Positions 1-8,135 of a stretch of 12,896 nt of DNA are shown piece by piece. A program made the translations under genes and the position numbers. The notes beneath the pieces are model-generated. The model was given only the letters and a program-made list of their open reading frames with translations. It was not told where the DNA came from and made no database searches. The stretch is from Thermotogota bacterium. Its GTDB lineage: Bacteria; Bipolaricaulota; Bipolaricaulia; UBA7950; UBA9294. Position 1 is the first letter of the stretch. Each line of letters begins with the position of its first letter. The DNA lies in contig JBDKUT010000031.1 of NCBI GenBank assembly GCA_039679545.1, positions 1 through 12,896 of the forward strand. The letters run 5' to 3'.

Positions 1-1642
1 AGGCGGGAACCTTCTTCTCTTCGGCGATCCCGCGGCGCAGGACGCGCAGGGTGTCGAACAGGCCGCGGTCGACGCCTTCCCAGGAGTCGGCTCCGGCGGT
101 CGCAGCGCGCGCCACGCCGGCCGCGGGCTTGAGGAGCCGCGGGGTTTCCTCGCCGCGCAGCACCCGCCGACCGCTCGGGGTGATCGCGAGGAGGTTGTAC
201 TCCCCCTCCTTGGCGAGGTACCCCTGCCCGACCAGCTGCTCGATCCAGTCTCTCACGCGCTTCTTCGGCTCGTCGGCGAGGAGTCCGTAGGTGGACAAGG
301 CGTCATGGCCGCTTGCGAGGATCCGCTCCTCGCGCGAGCCGGTGAGCACGGCGGCGGTGTAATCGCCGCCGTACCGCTCCTCGAGCCGGTGCACGCAGGA
401 GAGGATCTTCTGCGCGAGGACGAGGGCGTCGTCGACGAGTTCGAGGTCGCCGAAGCAGACGTCGCAGGCGTTGCAGCTTTCACCCTCCAGCTCCTGCCCG
501 AAGTAGTGGAGAAGCGCGCGGTGCCGGCACACGGCGCCGGTCGCGTAGGCGACGATGTCGCCGAGCTTCGACATCGCGATCTGCTTCGCTTCCTCGGACT
601 CGGACTGCTCGATGATGTACTTCCAGACCCCGTAGTCGCCGGGGCCGTAGAGAAGGACGCATTCGGCATCGAGGCCGTCGCGCCCGGCGCGGCCGCTCTC
701 CTGCTGGTAGTGCTCGAGCGACTTCGGCATGCCGGCGTGGATCACGGCGCGAACGTTCGACTTGTCGATTCCCATGCCGAACGCGACGGTGGCGACGATA
801 ACGTCGGCCTCCTCACTGATGAAGGCGTCCTGGGCGTCGCGGCGCGCCTCGTCGCTGAGGCCGGCGTGGTACGCGGCGGCACGGTAGCCCGCCCCCGCCA
901 GCTTCTCGGCCACGGCGTCGACGTCGGCGCGGCGGATGCAGTAGACGATCGACGACTCGCCCGCGTGGCGGTCGAGGACGGCGCGGATCTGTCGCAGCCC
1001 GTCGTCGGCCCGCGACTCGACGGAGTAGATGAGGTTCGGTCGGTCGAACGATCCGACAAGAACCTCGGGGGCTCGGAGGCGGAGCTGCTCGACGATGTCG
1101 CCGCGCACCTGGCGCGTCGCGGTCGCGGTGTACGCGTGGATCGCGACGCGTGGGAACGCCTGGCGCAGTCCGCCGAGCTGGCGGTACTCGGGGCGGAAGT
1201 CGTGGCCCCACATGCTCACGCAGTGGGCCTCGTCGACCGCGATGAGCGAGAGCTTCTGCCCGGCGAGGAAATGAGCGAAGCCGTTCATCAGGAGCCGTTC
1301 CGGCGACACGTAGAGGATCTTCAGCTCTCCCCGGCGAATGGCGGCGACGACGTCCGACTGCTCGTCGGTGGTCTGAGAGCTGTCGAGCCGGGCGGCGGCG
1401 ACGCCGGAGTCGGTGAGGGCGTCGACCTGGTCCTTCATGAGCGAGATGAGCGGCGAGACGACGACGGCAAGCCCAGGCAGCGCGAGCGCGGGAGCCTGGA
1501 AACACAGGGACTTTCCGCCGCCGGTGGGAAGGACGACGAGCGAGTCGCGGCCGCGGAGGACCGAGGCCATCGCCTCACGCTGGAGGGGGCGGAGATCGCT
1601 GTAACCCCAATGCCGGCGCAGGATCTCGGCGATTCGCTCCAT
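1..1642 (-). CDS. recQ: ATP-dependent DNA helicase RecQ (3' end truncated by the window edge)
   Basis: Absent from the ORF track (no stop in window); spot-translated by hand from ATG 1642 (upstream AGGGGGTGAG): MERIAEILRRHWGYSDLRPLQREAM..., motif I LPTGGGKSLCFQ, motif II VDEAHCVSMWGHDFRPEY, VATVAFGMGIDKSNVR, motif VI QQESGRAGRDG, RQC Zn ligands CRHRALLHYFG...CNACDVC, and start of HRDC (LFDTLRVLRRGIAEEKKVPA) at the edge. Confidence 0.97.
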   Translation of the reverse strand, partial: MERIAEILRRHWGYSDLRPLQREAMASVLRGRDSLVVLPTGGGKSLCFQAPALALPGLAVVVSPLISLMKDQVDALTDSGVAAARLDSSQTTDEQSDVVAAIRRGELKILYVSPERLLMNGFAHFLAGQKLSLIAVDEAHCVSMWGHDFRPEYRQLGGLRQAFPRVAIHAYTATATRQVRGDIVEQLRLRAPEVLVGSFDRPNLIYSVESRADDGLRQIRAVLDRHAGESSIVYCIRRADVDAVAEKLAGAGYRAAAYHAGLSDEARRDAQDAFISEEADVIVATVAFGMGIDKSNVRAVIHAGMPKSLEHYQQESGRAGRDGLDAECVLLYGPGDYGVWKYIIEQSESEEAKQIAMSKLGDIVAYATGAVCRHRALLHYFGQELEGESCNACDVCFGDLELVDDALVLAQKILSCVHRLEERYGGDYTAAVLTGSREERILASGHDALSTYGLLADEPKKRVRDWIEQLVGQGYLAKEGEYNLLAITPSGRRVLRGEETPRLLKPAAGVARAATAGADSWEGVDRGLFDTLRVLRRGIAEEKKVPA

Positions 1643-1813
1643 CCGCTCACCCCCTACCGGATCTTACACGGGCGGGCGGCGTCGCGTGGGCGCCGTCCAC
1701 AGCTCTGCCTTGGCGCAGGACATCTGTGCCATCGGGAGTACGGTCCAAAGGCCGCACGAGGCGGCCCGGACGCCGGGGCAGGAGCGGCGGCGCCGCACGA
1801 TGATCGAGGCGAC

Positions 1814-2659
1814 ATGGTGATCGGGCACGCTGCAGCCGGCGAGCTTCTGGTTCTCCTCCTGTTCGCGTTGGTCGCCGGCGGAGCGAGCGCGACCGACAGG
1901 GCAGGCGGTCCTCCTCCGCCCTACTGCGTCGTCGAGCGGGCGGCGGCCATCGGCCCCTACATGCTGCGGGTTTGGGTGAACCCAATTGACGATTTCCCGT
2001 CCTACACCCGCTGGGTGACGATCGACCGAGGTGGGGCGATCCTCGTCTCGCACGAGTGGGCAACGGGGTTCGACGAGCACACGGGAACAGACATCAACGG
2101 CAACGGGACCCCGGACGCGATCATCAACCTCTACTCTGGCGGCGCGCACTGCTGTTTCGATGTCGCGGTCTACGACCTCGGGCCGACCCTTCGCCGAATC
2201 AACTTCTCGACTCCACCCGGTGGAAACAGCAGTGGAGTCTTTGAGGATCTCAACGGCGACGCAATCCTTGAGTACCGCACCGCCGACGACTCGTTCGCGT
2301 ATGCGTACTGCTGCTTTGCCGCGTCGCCCGCGGTTTCGGTGGTCCTCCGCTTTGATCCGATCGCGTTCGCCTACGTGCCAGCGACGTACGCATTCCCTGG
2401 GATCCTTGAGGACTCCATCGAACAAGATCTCCAACTCGCCGAGCAGGGCGCCGCGGGAAGCGTGCTCGGGGAGTGGGACGAGACGTCGAAATGCAGTGTC
2501 CTTCCGCTTGTCCTCGACTACCTCTACGCCGGCCGGATCGCGGAGGCGTGGGACGCGCTCGCCCGCTACTACCCGTTCCCGGACAGGACAGCGTTCCAGA
2601 CCGAGATCGAACAGGTCGTGTACGCAAGTCCGTACTTCGCGCGTCCCAGCGCTCCGTAG
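1814..2659 (+). CDS. Secreted hypothetical protein (~281 aa) with FG-GAP/VCBS-like Dx(N/D)G(N/D) loops and SGGAHCC motif
   Basis: 3' part of ORF 305..2659; ATG 1814 preceded by GAGGCG; signal-peptide-like LLVLLLFALVAGGASA; DINGNGTPD and DLNGDAILE loops; YSGGAHCC and YAYCCF. Start is approximate. Confidence 0.8.
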   Translation: MVIGHAAAGELLVLLLFALVAGGASATDRAGGPPPPYCVVERAAAIGPYMLRVWVNPIDDFPSYTRWVTIDRGGAILVSHEWATGFDEHTGTDINGNGTPDAIINLYSGGAHCCFDVAVYDLGPTLRRINFSTPPGGNSSGVFEDLNGDAILEYRTADDSFAYAYCCFAASPAVSVVLRFDPIAFAYVPATYAFPGILEDSIEQDLQLAEQGAAGSVLGEWDETSKCSVLPLVLDYLYAGRIAEAWDALARYYPFPDRTAFQTEIEQVVYASPYFARPSAP

Positions 2660-2664
2660 TCGGC

Positions 2665-2696
2665 AACAAAAGAGCGAGCGGCGAGGCGCCGCCCGC
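2665..2696 (-). terminator. Intrinsic terminator of the PKD/YWTD gene
   Basis: Minus strand reads GCGGGCGGCG-CCT-CGCCGCTCGC followed by TCTTTTGTT, ~27 nt after the TAG at 2723. Confidence 0.75.
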
Positions 2697-2722
2697 CCGT
2701 CGTGATCCGTAGGGCTTTCCCG

Positions 2723-3928
2723 CTAGCCGATCGCGAGCGCGTCGGCTGTGACGCTCGGGAAGAGGAGCTCGCGCTCTCTCGTGGTGAGGTTCATCCGGTG
2801 GATGCCGTCGTAGTCGGACCAGTAGAGGTATCCGTTTAACGTGTCGAGCGCGATGCCCTTTGCCGCGGGCGCATCGTTGATCAGCCACGCGATCTGTGTC
2901 GTCTCGATGTTCATCCGCTCCACCCGGTTCCACTCCGGGCTCGTGTAGTAGACGTACCGCGCACCGCCAGCGATGCCGGCGTCGACCGCCATGCCGCCCG
3001 CGCGGCCGAGGTTTCCGGCCACGATGTTCTCGTAGAACGAGTTCTTCATCGTCGTCGACAAGCCGATGTAGGCCGGGATCGGATCATCCTTCGGCGCCGC
3101 CGACGACTGCGGGATCACAATCCCGCCGCCGCTGGCCACATGGAACATCGCGTAGTAGTAGAGGCGGAAGGACGCCGCGTCGATGGCGAGCAGCTGCGGA
3201 ACGGACGTCCCGGACGTCCAACTCCACGCCCACTCGAGCGGGGTGGCGCCGGCGACAAGCGAGAGCCGCATGATCCCTCCGTTGCCGTACTTCGGCGGAA
3301 GGACCGTCCAGAAGAGGTAGTTCTGTGTGGTGTCCACGCAGAGACTCGTGGCCGTTCCGGCGCTCGTGTACAGGGTCTTGGGCGACGTGCCGCCGCGCCC
3401 CGCCGCGCGAACCGTCTTCCCGTCCGTCCAGTAGAGCCCGTCCGGGCCGACGGCCAGTCCGTGCCCTGCGGAGATCCCTGTGACCACCGTGGTCTCCGAG
3501 GTGCTGCCGAGCTCGGCGCGGTGGATCTTGCCCGCGCTGATGTCCAGCCAGTAGAGCTGGTCGGGGACGAGATCGTGCATCACCTCTAGCACGGTGATGC
3601 AGTGAGGCTTCTGCACGACGGCCGCCGTGCCGTCCTCGTAGTGGACGGTCAAGAGGACTCCGTACGTCCCCTCCGCGTAGTAGACGTGCGACGGAGCCGC
3701 TTCCGTCGACTTGGCGCCGTCTCCGAAGTCCCAATCGTAGGCGACGGCGCCGTCGTCGACGATCGCCCGGAAGTCGACCCGAAGCGGGATTCCCCCCTCC
3801 GCGCTTGCCGGAGTGAACTCGAAATCCGCCGTCGCGCAGGGCTGGAACCACCCACACCCCGCGGGTGCCAAGAGACCCGCACAGAAGACACCAAGGATCA
3901 CCAAGCGAAACGCCCATTTGCTTCTCAC
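2723..3928 (-). CDS. Lipoprotein with PKD domain and six-bladed YWTD (LDL-receptor class B-like) beta-propeller, ~401 aa
   Basis: GTG 3928 with GGAGG 6 nt upstream; signal/lipobox ...FCAGLLAPAG-C; PKD signature YDWDFGDG...PSHVYYAEGTYGVLLTV; six repeats LYWLD, LYWTD, LFWTV, LYYYA, VYYTS, LYWSD. Confidence 0.88.
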   Translation of the reverse strand: MRSKWAFRLVILGVFCAGLLAPAGCGWFQPCATADFEFTPASAEGGIPLRVDFRAIVDDGAVAYDWDFGDGAKSTEAAPSHVYYAEGTYGVLLTVHYEDGTAAVVQKPHCITVLEVMHDLVPDQLYWLDISAGKIHRAELGSTSETTVVTGISAGHGLAVGPDGLYWTDGKTVRAAGRGGTSPKTLYTSAGTATSLCVDTTQNYLFWTVLPPKYGNGGIMRLSLVAGATPLEWAWSWTSGTSVPQLLAIDAASFRLYYYAMFHVASGGGIVIPQSSAAPKDDPIPAYIGLSTTMKNSFYENIVAGNLGRAGGMAVDAGIAGGARYVYYTSPEWNRVERMNIETTQIAWLINDAPAAKGIALDTLNGYLYWSDYDGIHRMNLTTRERELLFPSVTADALAIG

Positions 3929-3956
3929 GCTGCACCTCCGTGGCCTGCCGTCCATC

Positions 3957-3985
3957 AGACTAGGACTACCAGAGGGAGTTGTCAA
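3957..3985 (-). promoter_or_regulatory. sigma70-type promoter for the PKD/YWTD gene
   Basis: Minus strand TTGACA (3985-3980) - 17 nt - TAGTCT (3962-3957), ~28 nt upstream of the GTG start. Confidence 0.7.
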
Positions 3986-4100
3986 AGGCGGTCGGCCGAT
4001 CCGCGTGGGCCGACCGCTCGGGAGTTCCTCACGCAGTTCGACGGCGGAACTCCGGGATCGTGCCGGTCGGCCGATCCGCGTGGGCCGACCGCCCCTGACA
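3980..4100. repeat. 121-bp symmetric element: two identical 29-bp palindromic direct repeats flanking a central inverted repeat
   Basis: CGGTCGGCCGATCCGCGTGGGCCGACCGC at 3989-4017 and 4064-4092; central GGAGTTCC (4021-4028)/GGAACTCC (4046-4053); ends TGTCAAAGGCGGTCGGCC / GGCCGACCGCCCCTGACA are 16/18 inverted matches. Confidence 0.92.
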
Positions 4101-4141
4101 CCACGCCGGACGTGGGGTGTACATAGCTCGAGGTGGTTTCC

Positions 4142-5023
4142 ATGCGAGGTGGCGTTCGACAGACGGCGCTCTTGGGGATTGCTCTCTTTGTGGGTCTTTC
4201 GCTCCTTGCTGTTGGGCAAAGCCCGCTCGGGCTCAGCCTCGCTCCGGTTGAGGAGCCGCTTGCCGTGCAGCTGTGGATGGATCGGCCGGCGTACACGGAG
4301 GGTGACGCCTTCGCAATCCACTTCTCCGTGAGCCGTCCTTCCTACATCTACCTTTTCGACGTCGGCACGAATGGAAAGGTTCAGATGCTCTTCCCGAACG
4401 GCTACTCGACGTCGAACTTCGTGTCCGCGGGGGTCCACTCCCTGCCCGAGGGGCTCTACCCATTCTTCGCCGAGGCGCCTGCGGGAACCGAGCACGTCCA
4501 GATCGTCGCGTGTCTCTCCCCGCTTGCCTTGCCAGATCCAAGCTCGTCGAACCCGTACCCGCTCGTCGGCGCGAACCCGAACGAGGCGGTCAGCCTGATT
4601 CAGGCGCAGATCGACGCGCTCCCTGCGGCCGCCGCGTGCGGACCGCAGTGGGTCACGGCGTGGTGCTCGTTTGCGGTCGCCGCCAAGCCCCAAGCGCCGT
4701 CCTGCGGGTGCTCGACGCCGACACCGGCGCCCGCTCCCATCACGAGCTACTGCCCGCCCGTGGCGACGGTGTCCTACTGCCCACCGGTGAGCGCGACGCC
4801 GCCTTTGGCGTACCCGCCGACGATGGCGTACTACTGCCCGCCGGCGTGCCCGACCCCGCCGCTTCCTCAGCCGCCGACGTCCTACTGCCCGCCGGTGAGC
4901 CCGGCGCCGCCGGTGTACTACAGTCCTTGCCCGCCAGTCCAGAACCCGTGCCCACCCGTCTACAACCCGTGTGGGTTGTTGATGGGGTTCTTCTTCGGCT
5001 TCCAGATTCACGTCGGTCCGTAA
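4142..5023 (+). CDS. Exported DUF4384-like domain protein with Cys/Pro/Tyr-rich repeat tail, ~293 aa
   Basis: ATG 4142 with GAGGTGG RBS; signal peptide MRGGVRQTALLGIALFVGLSLLAVG; DUF4384-like pattern WMDRPAYTEGD...SYIYLFDVGTNGKVQMLFPN...PAGTEHVQIVA; repeated YCPP/PCPP units; hydrophobic C-terminus. Confidence 0.85.
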   Translation: MRGGVRQTALLGIALFVGLSLLAVGQSPLGLSLAPVEEPLAVQLWMDRPAYTEGDAFAIHFSVSRPSYIYLFDVGTNGKVQMLFPNGYSTSNFVSAGVHSLPEGLYPFFAEAPAGTEHVQIVACLSPLALPDPSSSNPYPLVGANPNEAVSLIQAQIDALPAAAACGPQWVTAWCSFAVAAKPQAPSCGCSTPTPAPAPITSYCPPVATVSYCPPVSATPPLAYPPTMAYYCPPACPTPPLPQPPTSYCPPVSPAPPVYYSPCPPVQNPCPPVYNPCGLLMGFFFGFQIHVGP

Positions 5024-5047
5024 CGAACCTCCAGCGCCTCACGAGTC

Positions 5048-5075
5048 GCGGGGACCTCGCTTCCGGGGTCCCCGC
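5048..5075 (+). terminator. GC-rich hairpin downstream of the DUF4384 gene (terminator or mRNA-stabilising stem)
   Basis: GCGGGGACC (5048-5056) / GGTCCCCGC (5067-5075) perfect 9-bp stem; no convincing U-tract follows. Confidence 0.45.
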
Positions 5076-5267
5076 AGCCTCTTGCGGAGCCCCGGCGGCC
5101 GTTGTTGGGCTCGTGCGGAACCCGCTGCCGGCCCCGAGCAGTTTCAGCCACGCGACCAGCGGAGCGCCACCCACGCCGGTGCCCGATGCCCTACACAAAC
5201 CCGATGAAAAGCCGCACACTTGGGGGCCGGCCCCGGCGACGGCGCGTCGTGGGGCTTGTTCGAAGAC

Positions 5268-8129
5268 ATGGACAGCAAAGAACAGTCGGATCTGAAGAAG
5301 CGTAAGTACGCGGTGTGGCGGTTCCTCTTCCACTTCGTTCGCTACAGAACCTGGTGGGTCTTCCTGGGCGCCGTGGTCGTGGCCGTGCTGGCGTACGTCT
5401 ACACGCTCAACGTCCCCCTTCGCAGCTCCTACTTCGAGCTCTTGCCGCGCAACGACCCGCTGATCCTCGAGTACGAGGAGAATCAGATCTACCTCTCGAC
5501 GTCCGACTCCGTCGTCCTCCTCGTCTCGCTCCGCGACCCCGCAGGGATGGCCGACACCCAGCGTCAGGACGTGCTGCTGCGCGCCGCTGAGGCCGTTGCG
5601 GCGGCGTTGCGCCTTGATCCTGAGATCGAAACGGTCACGTACCTGGTCGAGCCAAGCCCCGAGATCCCCGATCAGTACGTCCTCCTCTACCAGTTGGACC
5701 AAGACAGACTCGCCGCCATGCAGTCGAGCATCGATCTCGCGCGGTCGTCGCTTGGTCAGGCTCAAGCGGGTTTCCCGGCCGACGCCGACCTTGTCTCCGC
5801 GTACCACGCCGTTGGGAAGCTGATCGACGACGCAGCAGCGTCCGGCCTTTCCGTTGCCGACGGAGGGCAAATCCCAAGCCTGAAGGACTTCGTCGCGCTG
5901 AACAAGGCCGTCCTGTACGGGCTGGATAGCATCAGCTCGTTCCCCGCCGTCACGGACGCGGTGAACCAAATCGCCGACCTGTTCGCGCCTCAGGAGCGCG
6001 TGGCCCGCGTGGGGCAGGCGCTCTTCTCCCGCAACCGTACAAGCCTTCTCGTAAGCGCCAAGCCTCGCCAGTCGGCGCAGATCAGCGTCGCCTACTGCCA
6101 AGAGGTCCGCGATGACGTCCTCCGCGACCTGAAGACCGTCGACCTCGAAGGCCTTGGGGTAACGGTCGGAGCGACGGGCGCGTACATGATCATGGCCGAG
6201 ACTGAGGAGTACGTGAATGCGGACATGAAGCGGACGGAGCTGATCACGGCCGTCGGGGTCGTCCTGGTGTTTCTCATCTCCTTCGGCTCGATCCTCTACA
6301 GCCTCGTCGCGTCCGTACCCCTCCTTCTCGCTCTCCTTCTCACGTCGGCGTGGACCAAGGCCGGGCTCGGCGGATTCAACCTGCTCACGACCTTCGTCCC
6401 CTCGCTGATCCTTGGGATGGGCGACGACTTCTCCATCCACCTGATCTCGCGCTTCACGGAAGAGCGCATGCGCCGCGCTTCGGTCAGCCGTGCGATCTAC
6501 ACGATGCTGACTCGCAAAGGAGCGGCGATCTTCCTCGGCGCCGGGACGATCGTCCTCGTGTTCCTGAGCCTGCTCACCGCGAGATCACGAGCGTTGTTCG
6601 AGATGGGAATCATCGCCAGCGTCGGCATCGCGCTCGCGTTTCTCTGCGCGATCATCCTGATCCCGACCTTGCTCACGGCGAGCCGCCTCCTCCGCGGGCG
6701 GAGGCGCCATCGCGAGCGCCGCTCTGCCCAGCTGCCGCACTTCGCCGCGTTCTTCCGGGGAATCACGCACCCGATCAGCGCAGCCGTCATCGTGATGCTC
6801 CTCCTTGTCCTGACGGGTGGCGCGGTGTACCTCGCGACCGGGGTGAGGTTCGAGTTCACGTCCAACGACCTCGTTCCCAAGACGCCGAGTCAGGCGGCGC
6901 TCAACACGATTCTCGGCGCGTTCGACCTCGGCGGTGACAGCGCAAACCTCGGCACGAACTTCCTCTTCTTCGCCAAGACGGAGATGGAGATGGCCGACTT
7001 GACCAAGAAGCTTAAGGACAGCCCGCTTGTCCTCTCCGTCGACGCAGCCCAGGACTACCTTCCGGCGAATCTGGCCGAACAGCAAGCGGCCTTGCGCGGA
7101 CTCCGCCTCTCCGGCTACGCGGACCAGCTCGCGGCGTTCGATCGTGTCCTGTCGAATCGCAACGCCGTGCTCGGCGAGATGCGAACGCTCCTCACCAGAC
7201 TGTCGCTCGTGGAGTACGCCGCGACGGCCAATGGATGGGTTGATCTCGGTCTCGACGCGGCCGCGGCGCAGACGCAGCTTCTCGAAATCCGACGCCAACT
7301 GACCGTGCTTTCCGACGACGTGCAGACCAAGGTCCGGGATCTCGAAACCGCCGTACGGTCGCTTGACACGCGGTTGGCTGAGGTTCGCGACCTTCCTCCG
7401 GCCGAGACCCTGCTGCGCGACATCATCCGCAGCCTGCCCACCGAGCTATCCACTCGATATCTCACCGAAGACGGGCGGTACATCGTTCGCGCGCGGATGT
7501 CACCGGCGCTCTATGCCGGCTCGAACTTGAAAAGCTTCGACTCGTTCGCAGCGTCGATTTCGTCCGACTACTTCGGCGTCCCTCTCGTCGTTCGCGACCT
7601 CGAGCGGGCCATGAAGCGCGATTTCTACGTCTCGACGGCGCTTGCGTTGCTCCTGATCACAGCCTCCGTCTGGCGGGAATTCCGCACCCTACCGCGAATC
7701 CTGCTCGCCTTGTCGCCGATCGCCTTGTCCTACGTGTGGATGCTCGCCGGGATGCGCTTGCTCGGTGTGAACTTCAACTTTGTCAACATCACGATCTCGC
7801 CGCTTCTCATCGGCCTCGGCATTGAGAGCGGTGTCACGCTCCTCTTCCGCTATGACGAAGAGCGTGAGCATGGCCTGGACGGAGCGATGGTTCGCGCCGG
7901 CGCGTCTACGGTCGTCGCGATCATCACCTCAATGCTGACCACCATGCTCGTGTTCGCGACGCTCCTCATGGCGCGGACGCCGGGCCTCCGGTTCCTGGGC
8001 ATGTCGGCACTCCTCGGCCTCGGCTTCTCGCTCTTCTTCAGCCTGGTCTTCGTCCCCGCGGCCACAGCGCTGTTCGCTCGCCGGGCGACGTCGAAATTGA
8101 AGCCCGCACCGATGGATGAGCCTTTGTAG
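5268..8129 (+). CDS. MMPL/RND-superfamily transporter (predicted exporter, HpnN-like architecture), ~953 aa
   Basis: Two repeats of TM + large extracytoplasmic domain + 5 TMs; ATGAYMI...DMKRTEL, LILGMGDDFSIHLISRFTEE, LLIGLGIESGVTLLFRYDEE, PGLRFLG. ATG 5268 chosen over TTG 5220; start uncertain. Confidence 0.92.
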   Translation: MDSKEQSDLKKRKYAVWRFLFHFVRYRTWWVFLGAVVVAVLAYVYTLNVPLRSSYFELLPRNDPLILEYEENQIYLSTSDSVVLLVSLRDPAGMADTQRQDVLLRAAEAVAAALRLDPEIETVTYLVEPSPEIPDQYVLLYQLDQDRLAAMQSSIDLARSSLGQAQAGFPADADLVSAYHAVGKLIDDAAASGLSVADGGQIPSLKDFVALNKAVLYGLDSISSFPAVTDAVNQIADLFAPQERVARVGQALFSRNRTSLLVSAKPRQSAQISVAYCQEVRDDVLRDLKTVDLEGLGVTVGATGAYMIMAETEEYVNADMKRTELITAVGVVLVFLISFGSILYSLVASVPLLLALLLTSAWTKAGLGGFNLLTTFVPSLILGMGDDFSIHLISRFTEERMRRASVSRAIYTMLTRKGAAIFLGAGTIVLVFLSLLTARSRALFEMGIIASVGIALAFLCAIILIPTLLTASRLLRGRRRHRERRSAQLPHFAAFFRGITHPISAAVIVMLLLVLTGGAVYLATGVRFEFTSNDLVPKTPSQAALNTILGAFDLGGDSANLGTNFLFFAKTEMEMADLTKKLKDSPLVLSVDAAQDYLPANLAEQQAALRGLRLSGYADQLAAFDRVLSNRNAVLGEMRTLLTRLSLVEYAATANGWVDLGLDAAAAQTQLLEIRRQLTVLSDDVQTKVRDLETAVRSLDTRLAEVRDLPPAETLLRDIIRSLPTELSTRYLTEDGRYIVRARMSPALYAGSNLKSFDSFAASISSDYFGVPLVVRDLERAMKRDFYVSTALALLLITASVWREFRTLPRILLALSPIALSYVWMLAGMRLLGVNFNFVNITISPLLIGLGIESGVTLLFRYDEEREHGLDGAMVRAGASTVVAIITSMLTTMLVFATLLMARTPGLRFLGMSALLGLGFSLFFSLVFVPAATALFARRATSKLKPAPMDEPL

Positions 8130-8135
8130 CCCGCG

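Noticed and set aside
1661..1666. recQ promoter (TAAGAT -10-like on minus strand)
   Set aside because: No matching -35 element; a lone hexamer is insufficient.
305..1813. N-terminal ~500 aa of the 784-aa plus-strand ORF
   Set aside because: Antisense shadow of recQ in GC-rich DNA; recQ motifs on the minus strand are unambiguous. Only the part from ~1814 looks like a real protein.
3989..4092. Mini CRISPR array (29-bp repeat, 46-bp spacer, repeat)
   Set aside because: Only two repeats, spacer itself palindromic, no AT-rich leader, no typical repeat termini, no cas genes in the window.
3929..5011. N-terminal extension of the 762-aa minus-strand ORF
   Set aside because: Arg-rich antisense reading of the DUF4384 gene and the intergenic repeats; RBS, promoter and lipobox place the start at 3928.
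4740..7483. Long minus-strand ORFs (566, 237, 127, 122 aa) overlapping the MMPL gene
   Set aside because: Antisense shadows with no recognisable motifs.
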